Source: an uncultured Gammaproteobacteria bacterium
GTDB lineage: Bacteria > Patescibacteriota > Patescibacteriia > UBA11705 > DATKZF01
Length of the DNA: 59,172 bases
Assembly (NCBI GenBank): GCA_964411255.1
Contig: CAYPKD010000008.1
Location: 1-59,172 of the forward strand
Direction: 5' to 3'
This document shows, piece after piece, positions 16,641 to 24,884 of this stretch (positions are counted from its first letter, which is position 1; each line of letters begins with the position of its first letter). Made by a program: the position numbers and the translations under genes. The notes under the pieces are model-generated. The model did not search any database, was not told where the DNA came from, and was given only the letters and a program-made list of their open reading frames with translations.

Positions 16641-19148
16641 TTATGTGTTATCATCAACTGTCTTTTGCATCTCTGGCGGCAAACTGCTATAAAATGATTT
16701 ATTATTTTGTATATTTTTAAATTCTGCTTTCATGTTTTTCTGAACCTCAGGACTGGTAACCTGAGCAGGCACGCTTGGATCACCCTGAGCCATTTTTGAT
16801 TTTAATCCTAATACAGCTTTTACAATGTTATCATTTCCAGTTTTCATTAATCCTGATAATTTACTGGTTGAAATATTTTGAGCAATTATCATTCTTTGAG
16901 CATCATCACCTTTTGTAAAATTACCTTTGTCATCCACTTTCAAAGCGTCTGCCAAGGCCCGGACATCTAACTTACTTGTATGATTTCCCAAACCTTCCAA
17001 GTCTGTGCCAAAAGCATCAAATGGATTTTCAGTAATCTTTGCTTCAACGCTTTTGAAATTCGTCTTATTAAATGCTTCAAGTGCATCCAGTTCTGCAGCT
17101 TCATCAGTTCCTTCAGCCGGAGACAAATCCCTTAATTCAGCTAATCTACCTGTAGGAACAACATTCCCCGCAGCGTCTTTTGTGGTCATGCCTTCTTTCA
17201 TCTTTTGCGCTTCAGACAAACCTTGCTTGGCATTTTTCGCAAAATCTCCGCCTTTGCCAAATATTCTTTTTAGTTCAGCATCAAAATTTTTGCCAAATGC
17301 CTGAGATAAAGTCAACATAGCATTTCCGTCTTTATAAAAGCTGGCAGCTTGGTCACGCAAATTTGTCTTATTCTTATCCTGATCGCCGATCAGCCCTTTT
17401 CTGCCTTCATGAGTTGAAAGATCATATTTAGCAAATGCATGATTTTTATTAACTTCATCTTCAACAGCCTTTTCAGTTGCAGTGCCTTTTAAGCTTCTAT
17501 ATACCTTCATCATATCTTCCTGATTGTCTTCATTAATGGCGCCTCCTTTAATTGCATTTATTAAATGAGCAGCAGCTTTTTCCATATTCGCTTCTTTAGT
17601 CATTACTTTTGCAGATTTTTTCGCATCATATTTTGAATCTTGCAGTTGCTTAAATTCCTTGCCTACTCTGGCCTTGGCTGCTTCATTCGAAGCACCCTTG
17701 GATCTGGTTACCTGGCTTCTGACATCAGATGCTAATTCTGGAGCGCCCATTGTGGCCAATCTCTTTAATCCTGCTAAAGTTCCAGTAGCGATGCCAACTG
17801 TCACTCCGGCAACGGCTCCTAAGCCACCCAAGCCCATTTCTTTAAATTCTTCCCTTCTTCTTCTATATTCAGCCCTGCCTCTTCTGGCAGCAGCTACTGG
17901 CGCTCGAAACGGAGCTTTTACTGCGCCGGCCACCGCTTCCCTGGCCACGCCTGCCGTTCTTTCCCAGCCTCTTTCAAATTTTGCTCCAAAGGCAGAAACC
18001 CTTTCTGCACGCCGTTTTTGTAAAACACCTTTTGCTGCCGCATATCTTTCACCTACAAACTTGGCGCCAGTTGCGCCATAAGCAGCTCCCTTAACTGCAC
18101 CCAATACTTTACCGCCAACAGCAGCTCCAACAGCGCCACCCATTTGTTTTGTTATTACGACTGCTCCGTATAATAATGCCACACCCACTGCAAATTGGGC
18201 CATGTTTGGCATGGTGGAACCAATAGCCTTAGTTCCTTCCTGAAGTTGTTTACCAGTTACACCTGATTTTTCTTGCGCTGATTTTGTAACTTCCTGCGCT
18301 TCTTGACTAACACCGCCATCTGCCTGCATCATTAATAATGCCAGCCAAAGAAAAAAAGCTAATATCGGACCAGTAGCTACCCAATTTCCAAATTTCTGCC
18401 ACCACTGCTTAGCCAATGATTGAGTGAACGGCAATAAAGATCCAACAAAGGCAAATGGAGATAAAATAATTAATATCCATAAAAATGCAATCCTGGCCAA
18501 TAAAATTACAAGCATTAAAATGCTAACCATTAACACAAAGAAAAACATGAATGCTGCTAATGCTAAGCTTAAAGCAATTTTCCAAAAATTTATTTCTTCC
18601 AATTGTCCGTCCTTTGCCTTCATCCAGGTATCCATTTGTAAGCCATTGATTAAGTTTGCCCCAGCTGAAGCCTGAAACCCATTTACAAAAGTAAGCATTA
18701 CAATTTGTCCAAAATCAATAATCAAACCACAAATCAATTTACTGAAATTAATTGCGACCGCAGCAAATATTACCTTTGGTAAAAGCGACTTAATCGAATA
18801 TTTTTCAATACGTAAAATAGTGGCAAAAGCAATGATCAACAAAATTACAACAAAAAACATGTTGCAAATATCACGAATAATAGTCCAGCCGGTAACAACT
18901 CCTGGATTATCTACAAATTCCTGAAAACCAGCAACAGCAATCACCAATGAAAACACCTGCATGGTTAACCAGCCTAAAATATATGCAATGCCGTAAAACA
19001 TTAATGCAAAAACCTGGCCGAAAAAATCACCGACAGCGCCAGCATAAACAGGAATATAAATTCCAATGCCAATTATCAAAAATAAAATGACGAGCACTGA
19101 AATAATTCGTGTTCTTGTTGGCTTGAGGGATTTGAAAAATCCTCCCAA
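16641..19148 (-). CDS. VirB6/TrbL-like polytopic membrane protein with long C-terminal extension
   Basis: About 7 hydrophobic segments in the first 330 aa, then an Ala/Gly/Arg/Lys-rich stretch and a roughly 350-aa soluble tail. The track start is a TTG that itself lies inside a GGGAGG string, so the start is uncertain. Confidence 0.65.
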   Translation of the reverse strand: MGGFFKSLKPTRTRIISVLVILFLIIGIGIYIPVYAGAVGDFFGQVFALMFYGIAYILGWLTMQVFSLVIAVAGFQEFVDNPGVVTGWTIIRDICNMFFVVILLIIAFATILRIEKYSIKSLLPKVIFAAVAINFSKLICGLIIDFGQIVMLTFVNGFQASAGANLINGLQMDTWMKAKDGQLEEINFWKIALSLALAAFMFFFVLMVSILMLVILLARIAFLWILIILSPFAFVGSLLPFTQSLAKQWWQKFGNWVATGPILAFFLWLALLMMQADGGVSQEAQEVTKSAQEKSGVTGKQLQEGTKAIGSTMPNMAQFAVGVALLYGAVVITKQMGGAVGAAVGGKVLGAVKGAAYGATGAKFVGERYAAAKGVLQKRRAERVSAFGAKFERGWERTAGVAREAVAGAVKAPFRAPVAAARRGRAEYRRRREEFKEMGLGGLGAVAGVTVGIATGTLAGLKRLATMGAPELASDVRSQVTRSKGASNEAAKARVGKEFKQLQDSKYDAKKSAKVMTKEANMEKAAAHLINAIKGGAINEDNQEDMMKVYRSLKGTATEKAVEDEVNKNHAFAKYDLSTHEGRKGLIGDQDKNKTNLRDQAASFYKDGNAMLTLSQAFGKNFDAELKRIFGKGGDFAKNAKQGLSEAQKMKEGMTTKDAAGNVVPTGRLAELRDLSPAEGTDEAAELDALEAFNKTNFKSVEAKITENPFDAFGTDLEGLGNHTSKLDVRALADALKVDDKGNFTKGDDAQRMIIAQNISTSKLSGLMKTGNDNIVKAVLGLKSKMAQGDPSVPAQVTSPEVQKNMKAEFKNIQNNKSFYSSLPPEMQKTVDDNT

Positions 19149-19226
19149 AGCATTCTGGATTTTATGCCTGATATTCAGATTTTTTTTAAATCTTAATAAA
19201 ATCTAGGCGCAATCCTAGTTATTTTA

Positions 19227-19255
19227 ATTATAACACAAAATTACGATAGCATCCA
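19227..19255 (-). promoter_or_regulatory. Possible extended -10 promoter of the T4SS-like operon
   Basis: The minus strand reads TGTTATAAT (TGn plus TATAAT). The -35 (TGGATG) is weak. Confidence 0.35.
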
Positions 19256-19287
19256 AAATAAAATTTTAACTTATCAACAGTTAAATG

Positions 19288-20559
19288 TTATAAAAATATG
19301 CCATTTTGCTTAGAAATCTTCGCATAATATTCACTGCTCTCCTTTAATTGTCTTTGCTTGGTTTCAAAATCAACTGATGCCAATCCAAATCTGGGTCTAT
19401 AACCTTCTGCCCATTCATAATTATCTAGCAGCGACCAGTAAAAATAACCGCGAACATCTACTCCTGCTTTTATCGCATAATAAATCTCTTCCAAATGCTC
19501 ATGAATAAACTGCTTTCTAAAACTGTCATCTTCCGTGGCAATACCATTTTCTGTAATGTATATTGGCTTCCCGTAAGTTGATAAATCAACTAAAACTTCA
19601 TAAATACCGTGCGGATGCACCAACCAGTTCATATCAGTCATTCTGCGGCCTTCAACTGCAGGGTCTTCCTGCATTGATAAAGATCGTTTGCCAAAACGGT
19701 ATTTTTTTTTCAATCTAACCTGAAAATAATAATTTATACCAAAAAAATCATGGTATTTAGGCCGTGATAAAATATAAAAACCATGATTTGAAAATTTGTA
19801 CAAATAATATTGCTGAAGCTGATCAAATAATTTGTGTTTTATATAATTTGAATATGCCTGCAAAGAATTGGCAATTCCCACTTCAGCTTGTTTATTAAAA
19901 TTTTGTTTCACAATTCTATGAATCAAAACGTATGCAGATTTATGCGCTTTTGCTAAATTCCAAAATACTCGAAATCCTAAAAGAGTCTTTTTCTTCATTG
20001 GCGGCCACCAGCCATGAAAATAACTGCAAAACACATAAACATCTGGCTCATTAATCGTTACCCAAAAATCAACCAAGTCACCTAAATTTTCCACTGCATA
20101 TTTTACATATCTAAGAAAATATTTTTTATTCTTTCCTTTTTCCCAGCCTTTTTTTAACATAAACCAGGCTGGATTTGTAAAATGATGAAGCGTCAGCATT
20201 ATTTTAATGTTACGTTTCTTCAGGTCTTCAAGAACATTTCGATAATGCTTTATTGCCTGGCTGTCAAATTTTCCCTCTTCTGGCTCAATTCTTGCCCATT
20301 CAATTGACAAACGATGGCAATTATTATTCATTTTTTGGATTAAATCAAAATCTTCCTTGTAGCGATTAAAACTATCGCAAGATGTTCCCACATCAGGGAT
20401 TTTTTCCAAAGCCTGCTTCACCCAAGGAACTTTATCCTTATATTTTCGAAAAGTCTCATGCGACCAGTCATTATTTTGACAGTCACCCTCGATTTGATGA
20501 GATGAAGTGGCTGTGCCCCAGAGAAAATTTACTGGGAATTTTATAAATCGTTTTTGCAT
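19288..20559 (-). CDS. Glycoside hydrolase family 1 beta-glucosidase
   Basis: FLWGTATSSHQIEG, acid/base TINEP and nucleophile YITENG. Confidence 0.9.
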   Translation of the reverse strand: MQKRFIKFPVNFLWGTATSSHQIEGDCQNNDWSHETFRKYKDKVPWVKQALEKIPDVGTSCDSFNRYKEDFDLIQKMNNNCHRLSIEWARIEPEEGKFDSQAIKHYRNVLEDLKKRNIKIMLTLHHFTNPAWFMLKKGWEKGKNKKYFLRYVKYAVENLGDLVDFWVTINEPDVYVFCSYFHGWWPPMKKKTLLGFRVFWNLAKAHKSAYVLIHRIVKQNFNKQAEVGIANSLQAYSNYIKHKLFDQLQQYYLYKFSNHGFYILSRPKYHDFFGINYYFQVRLKKKYRFGKRSLSMQEDPAVEGRRMTDMNWLVHPHGIYEVLVDLSTYGKPIYITENGIATEDDSFRKQFIHEHLEEIYYAIKAGVDVRGYFYWSLLDNYEWAEGYRPRFGLASVDFETKQRQLKESSEYYAKISKQNGIFL

Positions 20560-20611
20560 AAAAATTCATTAATATTCGTATTTCCATTATACAAGAACGG
20601 TTGGAATAAAT

Positions 20612-20633
20612 AAAACGGCAGATGCGCCGTTTT
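20612..20633 (-). terminator. Terminator after the LTD-protein gene (potentially bidirectional)
   Basis: Stem AAAACGGC/GCCGTTTT with a 6-nt loop. Confidence 0.6.
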
Positions 20634-20667
20634 ATTAAAAAATATTCAATTTGCAATTTACAAATTT

Positions 20668-23295
20668 TCAATTACTCTTCGCTAAATTAAATATTTTCAG
20701 CTTCCCCTTCTTTAAAAGATATAAAAATCCTAATCCTGCGCTTAACATGGCGGCAACAACAGTTAAAATTATTTTAACCGGCAATGTTTTTTTCATTGGC
20801 ACTTGTTCAACAACGGTTGCTCCTAATTCCTGCTCAGATGGCAAAACAGAAATATCTTCGTTCAACCTTGGGTAAAGACAAACATTTTCTTTATATGGTA
20901 ATAAGATACCGCTGACAAATACTCTTTGCCCGTTTTCTAGATCTTTTGTATTTAAACCTGCGTTTTTCCTAAAACAAACTGGTAAATCACCCTGTTCAGT
21001 TACTAAATTAAACCCGCTTGCTAATTTTTCTGAAATTTCTCCGTCTGCTGCGATTAAAAAACCAATCAAGTTTTGCTCTTCTTGGAAACTGAATTCTTTT
21101 AGATCTGCCAAACTCTGTCCCTCAACAACATTAATATCTTCAGCAGAACTTATTTTTATTTGAGACATTTCTTTTTTTGCAAATTTGCCTTTAATCTTTA
21201 CTCTCTGCCCGATTTGCAAACTGGGCCAATCAGCCTTATAAAAATACGCTTCAACTGCCAGATCCTCACTTTGCAAATACATTCTTTGTTTCAAAAATAA
21301 TCCTGGATTAACTGTAATCACTCCTTCAAATAAAACTAAATCGTCATCTTTTAGCTGACCAATATTTTCCTTTGTTAATGCTATATATTCAATTGGATTC
21401 TCTGTTGTAATTTTCTTTTCAGAACTTTTTTTTGTCAAGCTGGTTAATTTTTTCTCTGCCTCTTTTTTTTCAGAAATATTCTCATCTTCTTCAGCTATTT
21501 GTTGTACAATATTTTCTGTACCAGGTGTAGGTAAAGTGGTTAATTTCCAAAAACCAGTAGAATCCTTGACCAAAGCGTATGGCAAGACAACTTGTTTATT
21601 ATCAAAATCAACCATTGTTTTATCAAAAGATCCGTAAATCATTTGGTCTAAAAGCTGATCATCTTTTGAATAAAGCTGGACCATGTCGCCGGCATTATTT
21701 AAATTTTTTGTTTTTACTATCATATAAAATTTTGATGGAATAATGCCTTTTAAATGAAACTTTGTGCCGCTCCCCTCTTGCAGATAACAATCTGTCACTT
21801 CAATGTCTAAATCAGAAGAATTAAAAATTTCAATCCATTCTGTCTGGCCTGAAAATGGCTGGCTTACAACTTCATTAATAAAAAGCTTTCCTACTAAATT
21901 AATTGCTTCATTATTTGATGCTTCATTTTCCAATTGCTCGGTTTGTTCTTCAATTTCATCATTTTCCTCCAAAATTTGTTCATCTTGCTCAGCTGTTTGA
22001 ATCAAAGCAATTTCATTTTCCAATCCTGGTGTTTGTGTATATGTAAAACTCCAGTCATTAGCTGAGTTTGTATCAATATCTGAAACTCTGGCCAAAGACA
22101 TATTTTCTTCAATATCATCGCTCGTTTGCCAGGCGCTGCTGTCATCATTTTCAAAATCATTATTAGCCAGCCAATGGTCTGCGGTTGCCAAAAAGTTTGC
22201 CTGGTTGCTGCTTTTTGTAAATTTACCGTCATTGTTTGACCAAATTAATACGTCCTGCGTTTGATACTCAGCATTACGTAAAACCAATATATTATCTGTA
22301 CCAGTTAAATTTTTTTCTAAATTTAATAAAATAAAATCTCCATTATCATAAACTTCATCCTGATCTATTTCAAAAATCAAACTTTCTCCCTGAAATAGCT
22401 TCCAATGATTAAAATCACCCTGTTCAATTACTTTTAATTCAACCCAATCCTGAGATTCTTTAAATGCCACTTCATTTATCATTAATTTGCCCAAGACTTC
22501 CTCAACGACTTCTTCATCTTCAGGTTCTGACTGCTCATCATCTGAGTCATAATCATCAATAATAACATCATTAGAAGTGAAAGTTATATCTTCAGAAGCA
22601 AAATCTTCAATAATGACATCATCTGACGCATATTCAATAATTATCTCATCATCAGATGCAAATTCGTCCTCATCATCATCTAATTCATTTTCTAAAAAAT
22701 TCTCTGCTTTTGGCGTTGCAAAATCAGATACATTGTCATCTAAATTTTGTGAAACTAAACTTTCTGTCCAGGCATCTGGCAGATCTCCTGCTTCAATATC
22801 TTTTTTTCTAATCATTGAAGTTTTCCATTCATTATCTCCGAAAAAAGGAGCATCTCCCCCTCCAGCAACATCAATCAATTCATTTTGAGAATTATAAAGT
22901 TTGATTTGCAAACTGCTATTACTCAGGCTAACGTCACTGTCAATTAAATCTGGCTCAATATTTAAAACGGAATTTTCTTTATCAAAATTACTTATAACAA
23001 AAAATCCTCCTGCTTCAATTTCCAATCCTTGCGAAATTTCAAGCATTACTTTTTCTTCTCCGCTGCTTAATTTTGTTAAATACCATCCGCCTAAATCAAT
23101 ATTTTCGTTCGTTAAGTTTTTTAATTCAATAAATTCATCACTAGCAGAATAGCTAGAGCCTGCCCAGGCTAATTCATTTATTACAACAGTAATTCCCTGT
23201 GATTGAGCATTAAAACCAAATAGAAATGAAAAAACACAAAGTAATATTCCAATCAAGGCCAGGATAAATATTTTTTTATTTAAATCATATTGCAT
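20668..23295 (-). CDS. Cell-surface protein with three lamin-tail-domain (LTD) repeats, an acidic repeat linker, OB-like C-terminal region and a C-terminal TM anchor
   Basis: LTD signatures VVINELAWAGSS...EFIELKN, LMINEVAF...DWVELKV and LFINEVVSQPFSG..EWIEIFN. N-terminal signal sequence. C-terminal TM LPVKIILTVVAAMLSAGLGFLYLL. Confidence 0.8.
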   Translation of the reverse strand: MQYDLNKKIFILALIGILLCVFSFLFGFNAQSQGITVVINELAWAGSSYSASDEFIELKNLTNENIDLGGWYLTKLSSGEEKVMLEISQGLEIEAGGFFVISNFDKENSVLNIEPDLIDSDVSLSNSSLQIKLYNSQNELIDVAGGGDAPFFGDNEWKTSMIRKKDIEAGDLPDAWTESLVSQNLDDNVSDFATPKAENFLENELDDDEDEFASDDEIIIEYASDDVIIEDFASEDITFTSNDVIIDDYDSDDEQSEPEDEEVVEEVLGKLMINEVAFKESQDWVELKVIEQGDFNHWKLFQGESLIFEIDQDEVYDNGDFILLNLEKNLTGTDNILVLRNAEYQTQDVLIWSNNDGKFTKSSNQANFLATADHWLANNDFENDDSSAWQTSDDIEENMSLARVSDIDTNSANDWSFTYTQTPGLENEIALIQTAEQDEQILEENDEIEEQTEQLENEASNNEAINLVGKLFINEVVSQPFSGQTEWIEIFNSSDLDIEVTDCYLQEGSGTKFHLKGIIPSKFYMIVKTKNLNNAGDMVQLYSKDDQLLDQMIYGSFDKTMVDFDNKQVVLPYALVKDSTGFWKLTTLPTPGTENIVQQIAEEDENISEKKEAEKKLTSLTKKSSEKKITTENPIEYIALTKENIGQLKDDDLVLFEGVITVNPGLFLKQRMYLQSEDLAVEAYFYKADWPSLQIGQRVKIKGKFAKKEMSQIKISSAEDINVVEGQSLADLKEFSFQEEQNLIGFLIAADGEISEKLASGFNLVTEQGDLPVCFRKNAGLNTKDLENGQRVFVSGILLPYKENVCLYPRLNEDISVLPSEQELGATVVEQVPMKKTLPVKIILTVVAAMLSAGLGFLYLLKKGKLKIFNLAKSN

Positions 23296-23406
23296 ATGTT
23301 TTTAACAATTTTTCATTTACAAATGTTTAACAAATTGATAATTGAAAATCATTTAAAAATTCGTAAATTGGAATTTAAACTTATTAATTATCTCCTAGTC
23401 TCAACA

Positions 23407-23512
23407 GGTCAGCCGTACGAAACAACTGACCCGCTGAGCGCTATAATATTTAGCCTGCAAGCCGCAAACATTCTTATTTGCCAGCCTGAGCCGGCAAGTA
23501 GGTTTCGTATGC
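23407..23512. other. G+C-rich structured island (candidate hairpin/REP-like element or small RNA)
   Basis: Long-range pairing CGTACGAAAC (23414-23423) with GTTTCGTATG (23502-23511). Strong hairpin TTGCCAGC-CTGA-GCCGGCAA (23478-23497). Alternative stem GGTCAG/CTGACC (23407-12 with 23426-31). Confidence 0.45.
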
Positions 23513-23518
23513 CCTTAC

Positions 23519-24100
23519 TTATAAACTAGGCTTTGTTGATAGAAAAAAATATGGATATTCTTTCACATTCTTTACTAATTGCCATCGTTCCTTTACCGGT
23601 CCATTTTTCATCACATCCAATGTCTTTTGAAGATATTCGTCATCTTTAATCAAACTGACTCTTGAATCATCTGCCCACATTTTAAGTTTTTTTCCGTTAT
23701 CTATTTTTTTTGCTTCTTCTTTAAAAAACCAAATAATCCTTCGGGCATGAGACCGGTTAACTTTTTCATTTTTTTCAAAAAGCTCTATCATCGGCTGCTT
23801 CTCATCATCTTTTGCCTCTGCCCGCAGATTGTCCAAAATCTCATAGGATATTCGCTTTTTAAATTCCCCATAAACAGAGACTGGATTATCCTTATCTTTT
23901 GGCAGCTGAAAAAGCCAGTAAAAATGATTGGGCATAATCAAGTATGCGATATTTTTTACATTCATTTCCTTAGCCACTTCTTTTAAATTTCTAATCATCA
24001 AATCCAGATATACTTGATTAACAAATAGATTTTTTTTGCCAGCAACACTGCTTGAATAAAAGTACGTGCCGCCAGGCTGTTTTTCTATAAATTTTGGCAT
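23519..24100 (-). CDS. IS200/RAYT-like (HUH Y1 transposase fold) protein, probably degenerate
   Basis: YLIMPNHFYWLFQ aligns with the MPNHvHLL HUH motif, with the second His replaced by Tyr. The C-terminus ...LDVMKNGPVKERWQLVKNVKEYPYF resembles YIhxNPVkagLV..YpwSS without the Tyr. Confidence 0.6.
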   Translation of the reverse strand: MPKFIEKQPGGTYFYSSSVAGKKNLFVNQVYLDLMIRNLKEVAKEMNVKNIAYLIMPNHFYWLFQLPKDKDNPVSVYGEFKKRISYEILDNLRAEAKDDEKQPMIELFEKNEKVNRSHARRIIWFFKEEAKKIDNGKKLKMWADDSRVSLIKDDEYLQKTLDVMKNGPVKERWQLVKNVKEYPYFFLSTKPSL

Positions 24101-24214
24101 AAAATTTAATAGTTATTAATTATATTTTGCAAGCTTGCGACTTAATATCAAATATTAAAATGAAAAGATTAAAGCAAAAAGCAAAACGTAAAAAGCAAAA
24201 TAACAAATCAAAAA

Positions 24215-24580
24215 TTAAAATTTCTTCTTTCCCTTCAATGTCAGAATACTAGAGGCAAGAATATTTGCTATTTCAGTTACTTCTTTTAATAATTGTTCGG
24301 CCTTTTCTTGATTAGCTTTTTTAGCATCCCTTAATAATTCCAACCAAAACTTACTTTCATTTGCAGACTTCAAAGAATGATTAAAATAATTTGTAAAATC
24401 TCTTTTCGTACTTCCTGCTTGGGCTTCAATAAAATTTGCACCAATACTTGTTATGCTTCTTAATAATTGCCTACTAATCACTTGTACACCCAAATCTTTT
24501 TTATTCAGGACATCAATGAAATTGATACAATTAATTGCTAAACTATATGTTCTTTTTTTTATATCTTTTTTATTTTCCAT
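24215..24580 (-). CDS. Four-helix-bundle protein (23S rRNA IVS protein / Avd family)
   Basis: 121 aa. ANFIEAQAGSTKRDFTNYFNHSLKSANESKFWLELL is the family signature. Confidence 0.85.
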   Translation of the reverse strand: MENKKDIKKRTYSLAINCINFIDVLNKKDLGVQVISRQLLRSITSIGANFIEAQAGSTKRDFTNYFNHSLKSANESKFWLELLRDAKKANQEKAEQLLKEVTEIANILASSILTLKGKKKF

Positions 24581-24614
24581 ATTTTTTATTGTTCTCTTTC
24601 TTTTTTATAATAAT

Positions 24615-24652
24615 GTCGCAAAGCGACTCCAAATTTTTACTTTTTGCTTTTT
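24615..24652 (-). repeat. Copy C of the dispersed repeat AAAAAGCAAAAAGTAAAAWTTTGGAGTC plus hairpin
   Basis: The minus strand reads AAAAAGCAAAAAGTAAAAATTTGGAGTCGCTTTGCGAC. It matches 51532..51559 at 27 of 28 positions. Confidence 0.75.
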
Positions 24653-24676
24653 GATTTTTTAATTTTATTCAATTGC

Positions 24677-24726
24677 GTTCCCTGTGAAGCTTTTCTGGTG
24701 AAAGCGTCACCCGCTTCACAGGGAAC
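24677..24726. other. Perfect 14-bp G+C-rich stem with a structured loop
   Basis: GTTCCCTGTGAAGC (24677-24690) pairs with GCTTCACAGGGAAC (24713-24726). The loop contains GGTGA-AAGCG-TCACC. Confidence 0.7.
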
Positions 24727-24792
24727 CCCTCCACTTATATTGTCTCGTTTTCAATTCAAATTGAATAGACTTTTTTGTCGAGCAAACAAAAC

Positions 24793-24823
24793 AAAAAACT
24801 GCTTTTCTCCAAGCAGTTTTTTT
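24793..24823 (-). terminator. Bidirectional terminator after 24885..25838
   Basis: 10-bp stem AAAACTGCTT/AAGCAGTTTT with A/T runs on both sides. Confidence 0.65.
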
Positions 24824-24870
24824 AGTCTTATTTAAATTATTTTTATATCTTGTCAAACACTCTTGACAGC

Positions 24871-24879
24871 TGTGGATAA
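24871..24879 (+). promoter_or_regulatory. Perfect DnaA-box 9-mer (TGTGGATAA on the plus strand)
   Basis: Exact reverse complement of TTATCCACA, intergenic, 5 nt from the stop of 24885..25838. Confidence 0.5.
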
Positions 24880-24884
24880 CTTTT

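Noticed and set aside
10327-19148. An integrative conjugative element or plasmid-derived T4SS.
   Set aside because: No relaxase, coupling protein, integrase, replication gene or flanking direct repeats are seen. Flanking genes are core housekeeping genes (murG, comFC), and there is no visible compositional break.
20483-20875. Small ORFs 20483..20671 and 20651..20875 around the GH1/LTD gene junction. Also 23290..23529, 51424..51615, 57508..57696, 58357..58539 and 58677..58859.
   Set aside because: They overlap terminators, repeat elements or well-supported genes and have no ribosome-binding sites.
24644-24835. A 63-aa ORF spanning the 14-bp hairpin and the terminator.
   Set aside because: It is built from palindromic and terminator sequence and has no SD. 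A structured non-coding region explains it better.
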